From positions 1-52,411 of the IMG/VR virus record IMGVR_UViG_3300037751_000149: a DNA stretch of 52,411 nt; one strand, 5' to 3'. The notes under the pieces are model-generated. The model saw nothing but the letters and a program-made list of their open reading frames with translations. It was not told the DNA's origin and did not search any database. The translations under genes were made by a program, and so were the position numbers. Numbering within the stretch: position 1 is the stretch's first letter; each line of letters starts with the position of its first letter. This DNA comes from a virus. Taxonomy: Duplodnaviria; Caudoviricetes. Shown here piece by piece: positions 1 through 8,598 of the stretch.

Positions 1-21
1 GATAATCTGTAAAATACCCAC
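1..21 (-). CDS. 5' end of a gene running off the left edge (putative cassette ORF, MGILQII...)
   Basis: GTG at 19-21 with GGGAGG (28-33) 6 nt upstream; only 7 codons visible. Confidence 0.45.
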
Positions 22-39
22 TTTGTGCCTCCCTATAGT

Positions 40-127
40 GGCTAACAAAAAATTCAGTGCGACCGCGAGTAGCCCTGCTATATCACCCGCCAACGGTGGC
101 GCGGTCGCGGTAATTTAGGCGTTATGC
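40..127 (+). mobile_element. attC: integron attC recombination site (88 bp)
   Basis: R'' GGCTAAC (40-46), 5-nt spacer, 8-nt L'' ATTCAGTG (52-59), perfect 9-bp stem GCGACCGCG/CGCGGTCGC (59-67/100-108), 7-nt L' CGGTAAT (108-114), 6-nt spacer TTAGGC, R' GTTATGC (121-127); canonical attC box spacing. Confidence 0.85.
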
Positions 128-1816
128 GGCAGCCACCATTACCGGCTTCCCGGTAGCAGCAGCCAAAACATGCCGAGATATTCCGTTGCAGATCGCCGGA
201 AAATCGCAGGCCGAATACAGCTTGGCGTTCTTCTCAATGCGGGCAGCGAACCCCAGAGACTCAAGAAAATCTGACGAGACATTAAACCCGAGCCTGCGGT
301 TGATCTCCCCGAGATTTATCACGGCACGGCGTTGTTCAGGAGAGGAGGTGTTTTCCGCTGGTAGTGATGATGGGGGGGGCGGAGATTCTTTTGCGTCTTG
401 TGTTGAGACGGTGGCTGGCTGACTCTGTTCAGCCTTTACTTTCTCCGCCGCCTTGGCTTCTTCCTCCGCCCGGATCTTCTCGCGCTCTCCCTCCAGACGC
501 TTTTCCTCCGCCGCCTCATGTGCGTCGATCCTCTGCGTGACGATGGCCTGGAACGCTTCGATTCTGTTGGTGATGACAATCTGTTGCATGTCGGCGAACA
601 GAAAGGCGTGGTCCTTTGATTTCTCCTTGAACCACGCAAGTTTATCGCGAACATCCTTGGCCTGTGCGTCGGCCTCGATCTTGCCTGTTGCCAAGGCCAC
701 ATCTGCCTTGTCCTGAATGCTGGAGATTGTCTTGAGCCCCTTGATCGCCCCGCCGAAATCTGGGGCCGACACGTTGAGGGTAATCGGCTTAATCTCGGAC
801 TCAAGCGCCTGGACATGCTGCACGAAAGCCGTGCGCGCCGCAGTGACGATAGCTGTCTTGCGGTTCTCCTTCTCGGCCTTGATAACCTTCTCCAGCATGA
901 GACGGGTATCTCTCGCCGTCTTGGCGTATGCTGCCACTGTGCGGCGCATGGCATCCACGTCAGACGCTTGCGCCAATGCGTTGGCCTCGGCTGCTTCCAG
1001 CGCGTTCTGTGCGCTCACAAGCACCTTGACAGCGGCCTCGGCGTTGGCAAAGTCCTGGTCTGTTTCCGGCTTGAGGTTGATCCGCTGGACAAATTCGCCC
1101 AGCTTGGCACCGAAAATATCCAAATTGGATAGGATGGTAATGGCCCCAGAGGTTTGGATTGACAGAGCCGGCAGGGCCTCGGTTGTTTCCGCTACCGGAG
1201 CAACAACCACTTCTGCCGGTACGTATTCGGCCAGGTCTTTTTCAAACTGTGTCCAGCCGGCCAAGATGCGCTCAAACCACTCGGTATCAGGCAGGACTTC
1301 CATGCTGACCATTTTTTCCTCGGTGCCATCTGAGACTGTGAAGATCAACATTTCGGCGCCAGTTACCATCAAGTTCTGGTAGCACTGCGGCTTGTGCTCC
1401 TCCGGCAAAATCCCGTTGCGCACGGAATCGGCCAGCTTTTCGTTCCACTGCTTATGCTCCCAGGCCACATCACCAGCCATGGTTTTTCCGTCGCAGGACG
1501 CCGAAATCTCCCCCCGCGAACAAACCACGGGGTAGAGTTTCCGGCCAAGCTGCTTCTCAACAACTGGTCTGGCCATGGCTTCTACTTCATGCCCATAGTC
1601 CAGAATGTTTTTCTGCACCCAATCGCAGAACTCCTTCCCGATACCAGTTGACTTCAGGTGTAGCAGTTCGGTGCGGGTGGTTGTCTTGGAAAGGCCAAGC
1701 ATGGCCGCTGCCTCGCTTGTCCCATGGTGATTGAGCCGGAACGCGGCCCACTCTGGAGAACCCTGGACAAGTTCGTGTTCTTCAAGATCAAAAAGCTGAA
1801 ATTCCTTGAGATCCAT
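122..1816 (-). CDS. YqaJ-like viral recombination exonuclease with long coiled-coil C-terminus
   Basis: QGSPEW, GTSEAAA, GHEVE, ASCDG, WEHK, Q-x3-L motifs; start MDLKEF chosen on GAGG-type SD; adjacent to recT. Confidence 0.85.
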   Translation of the reverse strand: MDLKEFQLFDLEEHELVQGSPEWAAFRLNHHGTSEAAAMLGLSKTTTRTELLHLKSTGIGKEFCDWVQKNILDYGHEVEAMARPVVEKQLGRKLYPVVCSRGEISASCDGKTMAGDVAWEHKQWNEKLADSVRNGILPEEHKPQCYQNLMVTGAEMLIFTVSDGTEEKMVSMEVLPDTEWFERILAGWTQFEKDLAEYVPAEVVVAPVAETTEALPALSIQTSGAITILSNLDIFGAKLGEFVQRINLKPETDQDFANAEAAVKVLVSAQNALEAAEANALAQASDVDAMRRTVAAYAKTARDTRLMLEKVIKAEKENRKTAIVTAARTAFVQHVQALESEIKPITLNVSAPDFGGAIKGLKTISSIQDKADVALATGKIEADAQAKDVRDKLAWFKEKSKDHAFLFADMQQIVITNRIEAFQAIVTQRIDAHEAAEEKRLEGEREKIRAEEEAKAAEKVKAEQSQPATVSTQDAKESPPPPSSLPAENTSSPEQRRAVINLGEINRRLGFNVSSDFLESLGFAARIEKNAKLYSACDFPAICNGISRHVLAAATGKPVMVAAA

Positions 1817-1817
1817 A

Positions 1818-2009
1818 TTATTCACCTTCCTCATTGTATCCACAGGCATCACATACCAGCGGGTTATGTTCGCAGTTGCCGCATGGCGGGTTGATGTGGC
1901 ATGAACAGTTTTCAACCGGGGCATAGTGCATCTTGCCAAGACACCCCGGCTCCGAGCAGGTATCGCCCTCTTCTAAACAATCAACTCCTCCCCATTGTTC
2001 TGTTTTCAT
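1818..2009 (-). CDS. small Cys-rich (zinc-binding) hypothetical protein
   Basis: CSCHINPPCGNC and CDACG motifs; ATGA overlap with recT stop. Confidence 0.7.
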   Translation of the reverse strand: MKTEQWGGVDCLEEGDTCSEPGCLGKMHYAPVENCSCHINPPCGNCEHNPLVCDACGYNEEGE

Positions 2010-2938
2010 GCCCCCTCCTCTTCCCACGCGGCAATCTGCATTTGCTGCTCATCGGTCAGTATCATTGAGGTTTTCGCCGTGGCGATGATCGCCTTGGCTT
2101 TTTTCTTCCCACCCCTGACCAGGGGCTCCCACTCCTTCGCCAGCTCGGCAAATAGCTCGTCGGTGCAGGTCTCAAGTTTCGGCGCAAGCTCTTCCTTGCG
2201 CTTTGCACATAGGGAAAGAAGTTCTTTTTGTTCTTCTGCAGATAGGTCTTTCTGGCAGGACTTTACGTTGTCCTTGTACCAGGCGTTCAGGTCGTCAACG
2301 GTTTCAGTGGCATCAACCTCGGCGGCGTACTCGGCCAGGGTTTTCTTGACCGTGGAAACATCGGCACCCCTTCCTTTGGGGGTAGGGACAACAACGGCCT
2401 CTTGATAGTCCTGTGCTTCCTCTGCCGAAATGATACCCCTGAGAACATCCGGCCATACATCACGCAGGGCAAAGCCACGGGACCGCATCTGCAACATGCG
2501 TTTCGGGTACTGCTTCCACGGGCCTTCCTTTCCCCAAAGTTTCGCGGTTTCCGCGTCGGCCTTGGAAAACCTCAAAACCTGCTCAGGGTTCCCGCGACGC
2601 TTTGCCTTGCAGATTGCCGTCATGGTGGCATCTTCAAACTCTTCAATGACGTACTCGCATGAGTGGTGCGCCCGGATCAGGGCCAGCATTGCGTCACCCC
2701 AGACCGAAGGACGGCCATTTATGACGGCAATATTTTGGAGCGCCTGCATTGGAGGCAAGCCCAATTCTGCCCCCATCTGGACGGCAACCAAGACATTCCC
2801 CGGCTTGCCCTTGAAGTCTTTCGGAACAATGTCGCTCTGGGCAATAATCTTGGCGTACTCCATGGCTTCGGATAGATTCCTGGGGGAAAGGGAAAAGTTT
2901 TCTTGTCTCACAACTGGCAATGTCTCTTCGGGACTCAT
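2006..2938 (-). CDS. recT: RecT-family single-strand annealing recombinase
   Basis: VPKDFKGKPGN, GAELGLPPMQALQNIAVINGRPSVWGD, WKQYPKRMLQMR-RGFALRD. Confidence 0.9.
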   Translation of the reverse strand: MSPEETLPVVRQENFSLSPRNLSEAMEYAKIIAQSDIVPKDFKGKPGNVLVAVQMGAELGLPPMQALQNIAVINGRPSVWGDAMLALIRAHHSCEYVIEEFEDATMTAICKAKRRGNPEQVLRFSKADAETAKLWGKEGPWKQYPKRMLQMRSRGFALRDVWPDVLRGIISAEEAQDYQEAVVVPTPKGRGADVSTVKKTLAEYAAEVDATETVDDLNAWYKDNVKSCQKDLSAEEQKELLSLCAKRKEELAPKLETCTDELFAELAKEWEPLVRGGKKKAKAIIATAKTSMILTDEQQMQIAAWEEEGA

Positions 2939-2953
2939 GCTGCATCTCCTTTT

Positions 2954-3157
2954 TTAAGCGGCAAGCCGCCGCACTGCTTCGATGTGTGCCTGCTTTTTTA
3001 CCTGTTCGTGGTCGTCAAACTGCGGGTTGTTACAATCTGGGCAGAGGCAATAATTACGGTTTACCTCCCACCCGTGGGGCTTGGGATCTTCGCCCCACAG
3101 AAAAGTCTCGTCCTCGGCTGGGCAAAGATCGCACTTAAAAATGATCTTGACGCCCAC
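2954..3157 (-). CDS. small zinc-finger protein, paralog of 4207-4371
   Basis: CDLC...WGEDP...GW...CLCPDC. Confidence 0.7.
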   Translation of the reverse strand: MGVKIIFKCDLCPAEDETFLWGEDPKPHGWEVNRNYCLCPDCNNPQFDDHEQVKKQAHIEAVRRLAA

Positions 3158-3355
3158 CTACGCACCAAACCCATGCTTCGCAATCAGCGCATCCAGGCAA
3201 TGCGGGGCCAAAACGGTTCTCATCGGCACCGGATACCCGCGCATAGTGGTTTTCTTGATGATGCAGACACCGGGGCCGATCTCGACATGGGCCTTGTACT
3301 GGTGCCCCCGGAAATCTATGGGGATAATCTTTTCTTGACGCGCAGCTTGTGGCAT
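3158..3355 (-). CDS. hypothetical protein
   Basis: GGAG SD, tightly packed in operon. Confidence 0.55.
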   Translation of the reverse strand: MPQAARQEKIIPIDFRGHQYKAHVEIGPGVCIIKKTTMRGYPVPMRTVLAPHCLDALIAKHGFGA

Positions 3356-3385
3356 TGTACGTTTCTCCCTGTTGTTTGGTGCCTT

Positions 3386-3634
3386 CTACTGCGTTAAGGC
3401 CCTGGTGGTGTCGTGACCATCCAGGGCCGCTTTCTTTTTCTGGTACAGCTCGTAGTCAAGTTTGCCCTGGTAAAACCCCTCGATCATCAGCATTTCAGGC
3501 CCAGGCATGTAAAGCTGGCCGCTCTCCGCATCCGCCACAGTCAATACCTTGTGCGGGATCTCGGGGTAATTTTCCGATGGCGCAAGCTCTACGCGGACCG
3601 GCTTGCCGCCGAATTTGATTTCTACCTGTTCCAT
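3386..3634 (-). CDS. hypothetical protein
   Basis: 82-aa ORF in operon orientation. Confidence 0.6.
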   Translation of the reverse strand: MEQVEIKFGGKPVRVELAPSENYPEIPHKVLTVADAESGQLYMPGPEMLMIEGFYQGKLDYELYQKKKAALDGHDTTRALTQ

Positions 3635-3642
3635 TTTGCGAC

Positions 3643-4188
3643 CTACTCTTCCGTTTCCTCGGTGAACAGATCTTCCTTGACGTACCGGAGGGCATAGCCG
3701 TTTCTCTCAACCGCCTTGAGGCAGACCTGCTCGGTCTGGTCCTTGACGTACTGGAGGGCATCGCCGTTTCTCTCAACCGCCTTGAGGCAGACCTGCTCGG
3801 TCTGGTCCTTGACGTACCGGAGGGCATAGCCGTTTCTCTCAACCGCCTTGAGGCAGACCTGCTCGGTCTGGTCCTTGACGTACCGGAGGGCATCGCCGTC
3901 GCTCTCAACCGCCTTGAGGCAGACCTGCTCGGTCTGGTCCTTGACGTACCGGAGGGCATAGCCGTTTCTCTCAACCGCCTTGAGGCAGACCTGCTCGGTC
4001 TGGTCCTTGACGTACTGGAGGGCATCGCCGTTTCTCTCAACCGCCTTGAGGCAGACCTGCTCGGTCTGGTCCTTGACGTACCGGAGGGCATAGCCGTTTC
4101 TCTCAACCGCCTCAATCGCCAATTTTCCAGACAATTCACACTTGATAGACAATTTCTTCCATTTTTCGTACAGTCCGATCAGTTTCAT
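3643..4188 (-). CDS. DUF4116-like helical repeat protein
   Basis: 22-aa repeat AVERNG(Y/D)AL(R/Q)YVKDQTEQVCLK, ~6.6 copies. Confidence 0.8.
   Translation of the reverse strand: MKLIGLYEKWKKLSIKCELSGKLAIEAVERNGYALRYVKDQTEQVCLKAVERNGDALQYVKDQTEQVCLKAVERNGYALRYVKDQTEQVCLKAVESDGDALRYVKDQTEQVCLKAVERNGYALRYVKDQTEQVCLKAVERNGDALQYVKDQTEQVCLKAVERNGYALRYVKEDLFTEETEE
3674..4112. repeat. 66-bp coding tandem repeat, ~6.6 near-identical copies
   Basis: TCCTTGACGTA recurs at 3674, 3740 and onward with 66-bp period. Confidence 0.95.
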
Positions 4189-4206
4189 TTTTCTCTCCCT
4201 GGTTGA

Positions 4207-4371
4207 TTACGCTGCCGACTCTTCCGGCCTGGCAGCCTTCTTGTTGCACTCCGGGCAAACACACACCCATACCGTTACGCGCCACCCGTACCTTGCGGGA
4301 TCTTCTCCCCACATGAAAGTGGAGTCCTCCCTTCGGCAGAGGTCGCATTTCAAAACTATCTTGGCGCCCAT
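4207..4371 (-). CDS. small zinc-finger protein, paralog of 2954-3157
   Basis: MGAKIVLKCDLC...WGEDP...GW...CVCPEC; TAATG overlap with upstream ORF. Confidence 0.7.
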   Translation of the reverse strand: MGAKIVLKCDLCRREDSTFMWGEDPARYGWRVTVWVCVCPECNKKAARPEESAA

Positions 4372-4565
4372 TACTGCCTGCTTACAAAAACAAACTGCAT
4401 CGTTTTCGGGTCGAAGGACATAAAGCCAACGCACCCCAATTCATCCAGCCGTTGCTCCTCAAGCCGGGCAATCTCCAGCCGCAAGCCCTGGTTGATGTGG
4501 GCGAAGATTCCCGCATAGAGATTCAGGCAAACGAAAAGGGCGGTGATTATTTTGTCTGCACACAT
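4371..4565 (-). CDS. hypothetical protein with N-terminal hydrophobic segment
   Basis: ORF coupled to the downstream gene. Confidence 0.5.
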   Translation of the reverse strand: MCADKIITALFVCLNLYAGIFAHINQGLRLEIARLEEQRLDELGCVGFMSFDPKTMQFVFVSRQ

Positions 4566-4711
4566 ATCCGCACCGATCCGCGCACCGCCGCCTGATCCGC
4601 CATATCAAGGAGCAGGCACACCGCGCCAAAAATCATGGCGGCAACGAACAGGCCGGCCAGCACGGATTCTACGCGGCGAACCTTGGCCGCTTGGTCATTG
4701 AATAGATTCAT
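4547..4711 (-). CDS. 54-aa single-pass membrane protein (not in ORF track)
   Basis: hand translation MNLFNDQAAKVRRVESVLAGLFVAAMIFGAVCLLLDMAD...; AGGAG SD. Confidence 0.55.
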   Translation of the reverse strand: MNLFNDQAAKVRRVESVLAGLFVAAMIFGAVCLLLDMADQAAVRGSVRICVQTK

Positions 4712-4771
4712 GCGAGTAACTCCTGATAGATACGTTCTTCCAACACCCGTATTTTAGCGGGCAGCTTCTCG

Positions 4772-5278
4772 TCACGCTTCCAAGCCGCGCAACCTTCCCC
4801 CGTTTTGCTCGGACACCCTTCGGCGTCTCTCCATCTGCAACTCTTGCACCTCATTGATTGCGACACGTTGCACCCTCCTGTAATGCTCTATGGTTCGGTG
4901 GTTTGCCCCACCCTTCCCCCTGGTCTCGATACCGAAAGCCTTGAGGTCCATCTGGATCACCCGTGGCGCGACACCGAAAATCGAAGCGATGGCGATGGTG
5001 GAATGGTCCCGATACAGCAGGGAAAGGGCATGCCCCCATTGCTCCCACTTCGCAGAGGTGCAGAGCCCGGCTATTGACCACCCCAAGGAAACCAGCCATT
5101 CGCCACGGGTCTTGATCTTGCTGAGAGTTCGGCCCTTTGTTTCCGTCAGGGCATTTTCAACCGGGATGCCACTGGACATCCGCGTGTGGATGCTATTGGG
5201 GGATATGCCGTGTTCTTCTGCTAGGGCACGAATGGACGGATACAAAACACCATCGACGGTTACTGGAATACCTCTCAT
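4772..5278 (-). CDS. putative DNA-binding protein with HTH-like segments
   Basis: VTVDGVLYPSIRALAEEHGIS and IASIFGVAPRVIQMDLKAFGI patterns. Confidence 0.65.
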   Translation of the reverse strand: MRGIPVTVDGVLYPSIRALAEEHGISPNSIHTRMSSGIPVENALTETKGRTLSKIKTRGEWLVSLGWSIAGLCTSAKWEQWGHALSLLYRDHSTIAIASIFGVAPRVIQMDLKAFGIETRGKGGANHRTIEHYRRVQRVAINEVQELQMERRRRVSEQNGGRLRGLEA

Positions 5279-5469
5279 GCTTTTCCCTTTTGCTTTCCGC
5301 CGTTGAAGTCCACCAAAACCGACTTGCCAACTGTCGCCCGCTTTCTCGCCAACTCTGCCGGGGAAATGGGCGGATCAAACGAGCCAACCCCTTCCGGGCC
5401 GCGAAGTTTCGCAACCACAGCCGAGGCGATTGATTCTATGTCGGCGGGCGTCAGGTTCACGGGACACAC
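5275..5469 (-). CDS. hypothetical protein
   Basis: ATGA overlap with downstream gene. Confidence 0.55.
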   Translation of the reverse strand: MCPVNLTPADIESIASAVVAKLRGPEGVGSFDPPISPAELARKRATVGKSVLVDFNGGKQKGKA

Positions 5470-5777
5470 GTTGACAAAAGCCGGGTCAGTGCGTCGGCGC
5501 CTGCCGATTGCTTCACCCGAAGGGCCAGAAGGTAGCTCCGCTCAACCGCTTGCCGGGTGCCCACAGGGTTTCCTCTCTCGAACGACCCGAGCTTCCCCGC
5601 ACTGAACCCGGTCAACACGGAAACCTCTTGCAAGGTGATCCCCAACCCCAGGCGAGCCTTGCGGTACTTCTGGCCGTTCTCAAACCATGCGGGGCTGTTT
5701 TCCTCGATAAACTCGGCGCGAAGGCGCTCCCGCTGCTTCCGGTCCTCCGCCCTTTCTTCATTGGTCAATTCGATCAT
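5457..5777 (-). CDS. XRE-family HTH protein
   Basis: YRKARLGLGITLQEVSVLTGFSAGKLGSFERG. Confidence 0.8.
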   Translation of the reverse strand: MIELTNEERAEDRKQRERLRAEFIEENSPAWFENGQKYRKARLGLGITLQEVSVLTGFSAGKLGSFERGNPVGTRQAVERSYLLALRVKQSAGADALTRLLSTCVP

Positions 5778-5788
5778 GCCTTTCCCCT

Positions 5789-6931
5789 CTATGCGTTGTT
5801 GTCCAAGTCGCGACCCGTTGCGTTCTTGACTGCCTGCTTGTTGAGAAACCGCTCGTAAGAATCGGTCTCCTTGAGTTTACGGACCAGGCCGATCTGCCCC
5901 TTGCCCGTGACCTTCGTGGTGAATACTGTCCGTGGCCCGTTGCTGTTGTCGTTCTCGTAGGTCTTCTCTTCCACCGTGAACCACCCGCGATCCATATATT
6001 GCTGGTACGGGAGGTTTTTGTAGTCGAGGATCTTTTCGCTCCGCAGCCATGCAAAGGTGTTGTTCCGCCCCATGGTGATCCCGGCGTTGGGGAGCATTTT
6101 GCAGAAATCACCCAGCAGGACGCTATTGGTCGCCGCAGCCACCGAGTTGTGAAACTCAACCATCGGCTTCTGCGCCTCGATAACGGCCAAGGCTTCTGTG
6201 CGCCCCTGCTCCGCAATAAGGCGCCCCTCTTCCGACTCAATGGCAAGCTGGAGGATTTCAAGCCTGGACATAGAGGCAGGGCTTGGAACGATGGCGCCCT
6301 TCTTATAGGCGAGGAAGGTGTTGATTACCTGGAGATAAAACGATGGGCTGATCCAGTTGGCGTAGGCCACGGCCAGTTGCTCGGCGGCGAAGGTGCCTGG
6401 GGCATTGCCGCCCTTTACGGTGTTGATGCAAGTGGTTGATTTATCGCCAAAGCCCGCCAGAGGGCTTTGGGCCTCAAGCTCACGAATAAGATCCTGTGTC
6501 GGCTCTGAGGCAAGCCACTTACTTGGCCTCTTGTGATCTCCTGTGCTGCTGGCCCGGTGCAGGGCGTTAAGGTTGAACCGTCCTTCGCTATCGGTGGTGA
6601 TTTCAATTCCTGCAATGGTGGGGAGATTCATTGGCTTCCTCCGCTTGGCTGTGGCCTTTATCTTGCCGGGCTGGACATCTTTTTTTATTGACGGGGCCGG
6701 GACCGGCGCCCCCTTGATTGCTGCGGTTACGAGCCGACATGCCGATTCAGAAAGGAAGTATTTCCGGCTAAACGCCCTCTCGCTTGCGCCCTTAAACGAT
6801 CCCCGCGCCTCAAAATCTTGCGGGGAGACAAGTCTGCCGGAAACCACCAAGCCCTCGATCACCCCTGCAACATAGGAGTGCGACTTGCCGAGTCTCTTGT
6901 GCAGGTCTACGCTGGAGAAGGTGAGATTCAT
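5789..6931 (-). CDS. phage antirepressor: Rha-like N-terminus, KilA-N, KilAC/ANT; strong internal start at 6631
   Basis: GRFNLNALHRA...PSKWL...YANWISPSF (KilA-N); KPMVEF...GRNNTFAWLR...PYQQYMDRGWF...TKVTGKGQ (KilAC). Confidence 0.85.
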   Translation of the reverse strand: MNLTFSSVDLHKRLGKSHSYVAGVIEGLVVSGRLVSPQDFEARGSFKGASERAFSRKYFLSESACRLVTAAIKGAPVPAPSIKKDVQPGKIKATAKRRKPMNLPTIAGIEITTDSEGRFNLNALHRASSTGDHKRPSKWLASEPTQDLIRELEAQSPLAGFGDKSTTCINTVKGGNAPGTFAAEQLAVAYANWISPSFYLQVINTFLAYKKGAIVPSPASMSRLEILQLAIESEEGRLIAEQGRTEALAVIEAQKPMVEFHNSVAAATNSVLLGDFCKMLPNAGITMGRNNTFAWLRSEKILDYKNLPYQQYMDRGWFTVEEKTYENDNSNGPRTVFTTKVTGKGQIGLVRKLKETDSYERFLNKQAVKNATGRDLDNNA

Positions 6932-6941
6932 GGCTGTTGCG

Positions 6942-7154
6942 CTACTTGCGGCTTGCCGCAGCCAAAGCAGCTGAAAACACATCTGCCGGTGGCTTGGTCA
7001 GCGAAAAGTCCAAGGGCAATCCTGCGACCTCGGATATTTTGATAGCGAGCCGCTTTGAAATCTGCCTTCTGCCTCTCAGAATATCGCTGGTATGCCCAAC
7101 GGATATCCCAAGTGCTTTTGCAACCTCGGTACGGCTTAATTTCTTTTTCATCAT
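6942..7154 (-). CDS. cro: Cro-like repressor
   Basis: short HTH LSRTEVAKALGISVGHTSDILRGRR, divergent from cI. Confidence 0.8.
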   Translation of the reverse strand: MMKKKLSRTEVAKALGISVGHTSDILRGRRQISKRLAIKISEVAGLPLDFSLTKPPADVFSAALAAASRK

Positions 7155-7170
7155 GATGCCTCCTGGTAAC

Positions 7171-7244
7171 TTATTAGCGCATGGCTATCATCATTGCAAG
7201 CATTTTTTAGCGGATAGCGCATTTTTTTATTTAAGCCATGCGCT
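7171..7244. promoter_or_regulatory. cI/cro switch: leftward promoter and putative operators
   Basis: minus strand TTGCAA-N17-TAATAA before cro; AGCGCATGGCT (7176-7186) inverted at 7234-7244, with degenerate copy AGCGGATAGCG (7209-7219). Confidence 0.65.
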
Positions 7245-7279
7245 TACAATGCCGAGACGGTGCAATATTGGGGGGAATC

Positions 7280-7993
7280 ATGTTACAAGACGTTTCGGGA
7301 GTATTTCGCGCCGCTTTTTCGCATATCATTAGCGAGGCAAAACGCGGAACACAGGCCAGAGTTTCAAAGGAAACAGGTCTCTACGGGAGCCAGGTTGGCG
7401 ATCTGCTTTCAGGGCGGAGGCCAGGCAGCGAAGAGCAGCGCCGGGCTATCGCCGCCGCCCTCGGTTACACCTACGAAGACATGCTCTCCCTGGGCCAGTG
7501 GATTCTTGAAGGAAAAGCCCCTGCGGAGTTTCAAAAAACCGGCCAGGTCCACCAGGCAAACATCCGCCTCACCGCAAATGTCACGGCAGGCCCGGACATC
7601 ATCGGGGGGATTCCCCTGATCTCATTTGTTCAGGCGGGAGGATGGGCGGAGATCGTGGACAACCTCCAGCCTGGAGATGCCGAGGAATGGATACCCAGGA
7701 TTTCCGGTGTCGGGCCTCGTTCGTTTGCGCTGCGCGTGTCCGGCACCTCCATGGCGCCGGATTACCAGCCGGGGGATATTATTGTTGTGGATCCCGACTG
7801 CCAGCACAACAACGGATCGCTGGTGGTTGCCCGGCTCAATGGCGACAACGAGGCGACGTTCAAGAGGATCGTGATCGACGGGGGCAAAACCTTTTTGGAG
7901 CCGATCAACCAGCGGTATCAGCCGCTTGATATAACCGGCAGGGACGTGACTATTTGCGGGGTGGTCCGGCAGATGTTGAGAAATGTTCAATAG
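7280..7993 (+). CDS. cI: CI-like repressor (HTH plus S24 autopeptidase)
   Basis: VQAG cleavage site, FALRVSGTSM (Ser), EATFKR (Lys). Confidence 0.92.
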   Translation: MLQDVSGVFRAAFSHIISEAKRGTQARVSKETGLYGSQVGDLLSGRRPGSEEQRRAIAAALGYTYEDMLSLGQWILEGKAPAEFQKTGQVHQANIRLTANVTAGPDIIGGIPLISFVQAGGWAEIVDNLQPGDAEEWIPRISGVGPRSFALRVSGTSMAPDYQPGDIIVVDPDCQHNNGSLVVARLNGDNEATFKRIVIDGGKTFLEPINQRYQPLDITGRDVTICGVVRQMLRNVQ

Positions 7994-8007
7994 AGGGGGA
8001 GGCGTGG

Positions 8008-8598
8008 ATGTTTGGATTTCACAGCCAGAAGAAAGATTCTGAATTCGCAGAGGGGTTGGCGGCAACTGCGCTGGTATTCTCGGGGGATGAAGACGCTGGC
8101 AATCTCATGGTCCTCATCTCGGCACCTTCAGAAGAGGGCTTTCACTTCTCTGTCTCTGCGCTTAATTTTTATCTGGCTTCACTGGCGGTGCATTCATCGC
8201 TGTCAATATCAAAAGATCGGAAACAATTCATCCTTGACACCATGCTTTCTTTTTTCACTGGGAAATTGAAAAAATATGAAGATAATTTTTCAGTGAGGGA
8301 CGCTATTAGAGAAAAAGATGAACTGGATTATGTCAGAAGAAAGTGGGGAGATGAAGATTGGGAAACAAATATGCACTCCCTTGTTTCCACCTTCTTCGAC
8401 AAGCGAATAAATGACTTCAGAAAGGCGACGGAAAGATACCCAAAAAACCCAGTTGCTGCGATAGGAGCAACATTCTATGTGCATGTTCACGGCGGAAATA
8501 ACTCAGATGCAGCAGTATCTCAAGGGGCCACACACGCTTTCATTGAGTCCACGTTTGACGCTATTTCCTATGCTTGCAAGTCAGAAGGCCCACGTTAG
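8008..8598 (+). CDS. hypothetical protein, AT-rich, lysogeny operon
   Basis: GGAGG SD directly after cI; visibly lower GC than flanks. Confidence 0.7.
   Translation: MFGFHSQKKDSEFAEGLAATALVFSGDEDAGNLMVLISAPSEEGFHFSVSALNFYLASLAVHSSLSISKDRKQFILDTMLSFFTGKLKKYEDNFSVRDAIREKDELDYVRRKWGDEDWETNMHSLVSTFFDKRINDFRKATERYPKNPVAAIGATFYVHVHGGNNSDAAVSQGATHAFIESTFDAISYACKSEGPR

Noticed and set aside
3674-4112. 66-bp array as a CRISPR array or DGR target
   Set aside because: No unique spacers and it is in-frame coding. Some variants are compatible with adenine changes, but no reverse transcriptase or separate template repeat is in the window.
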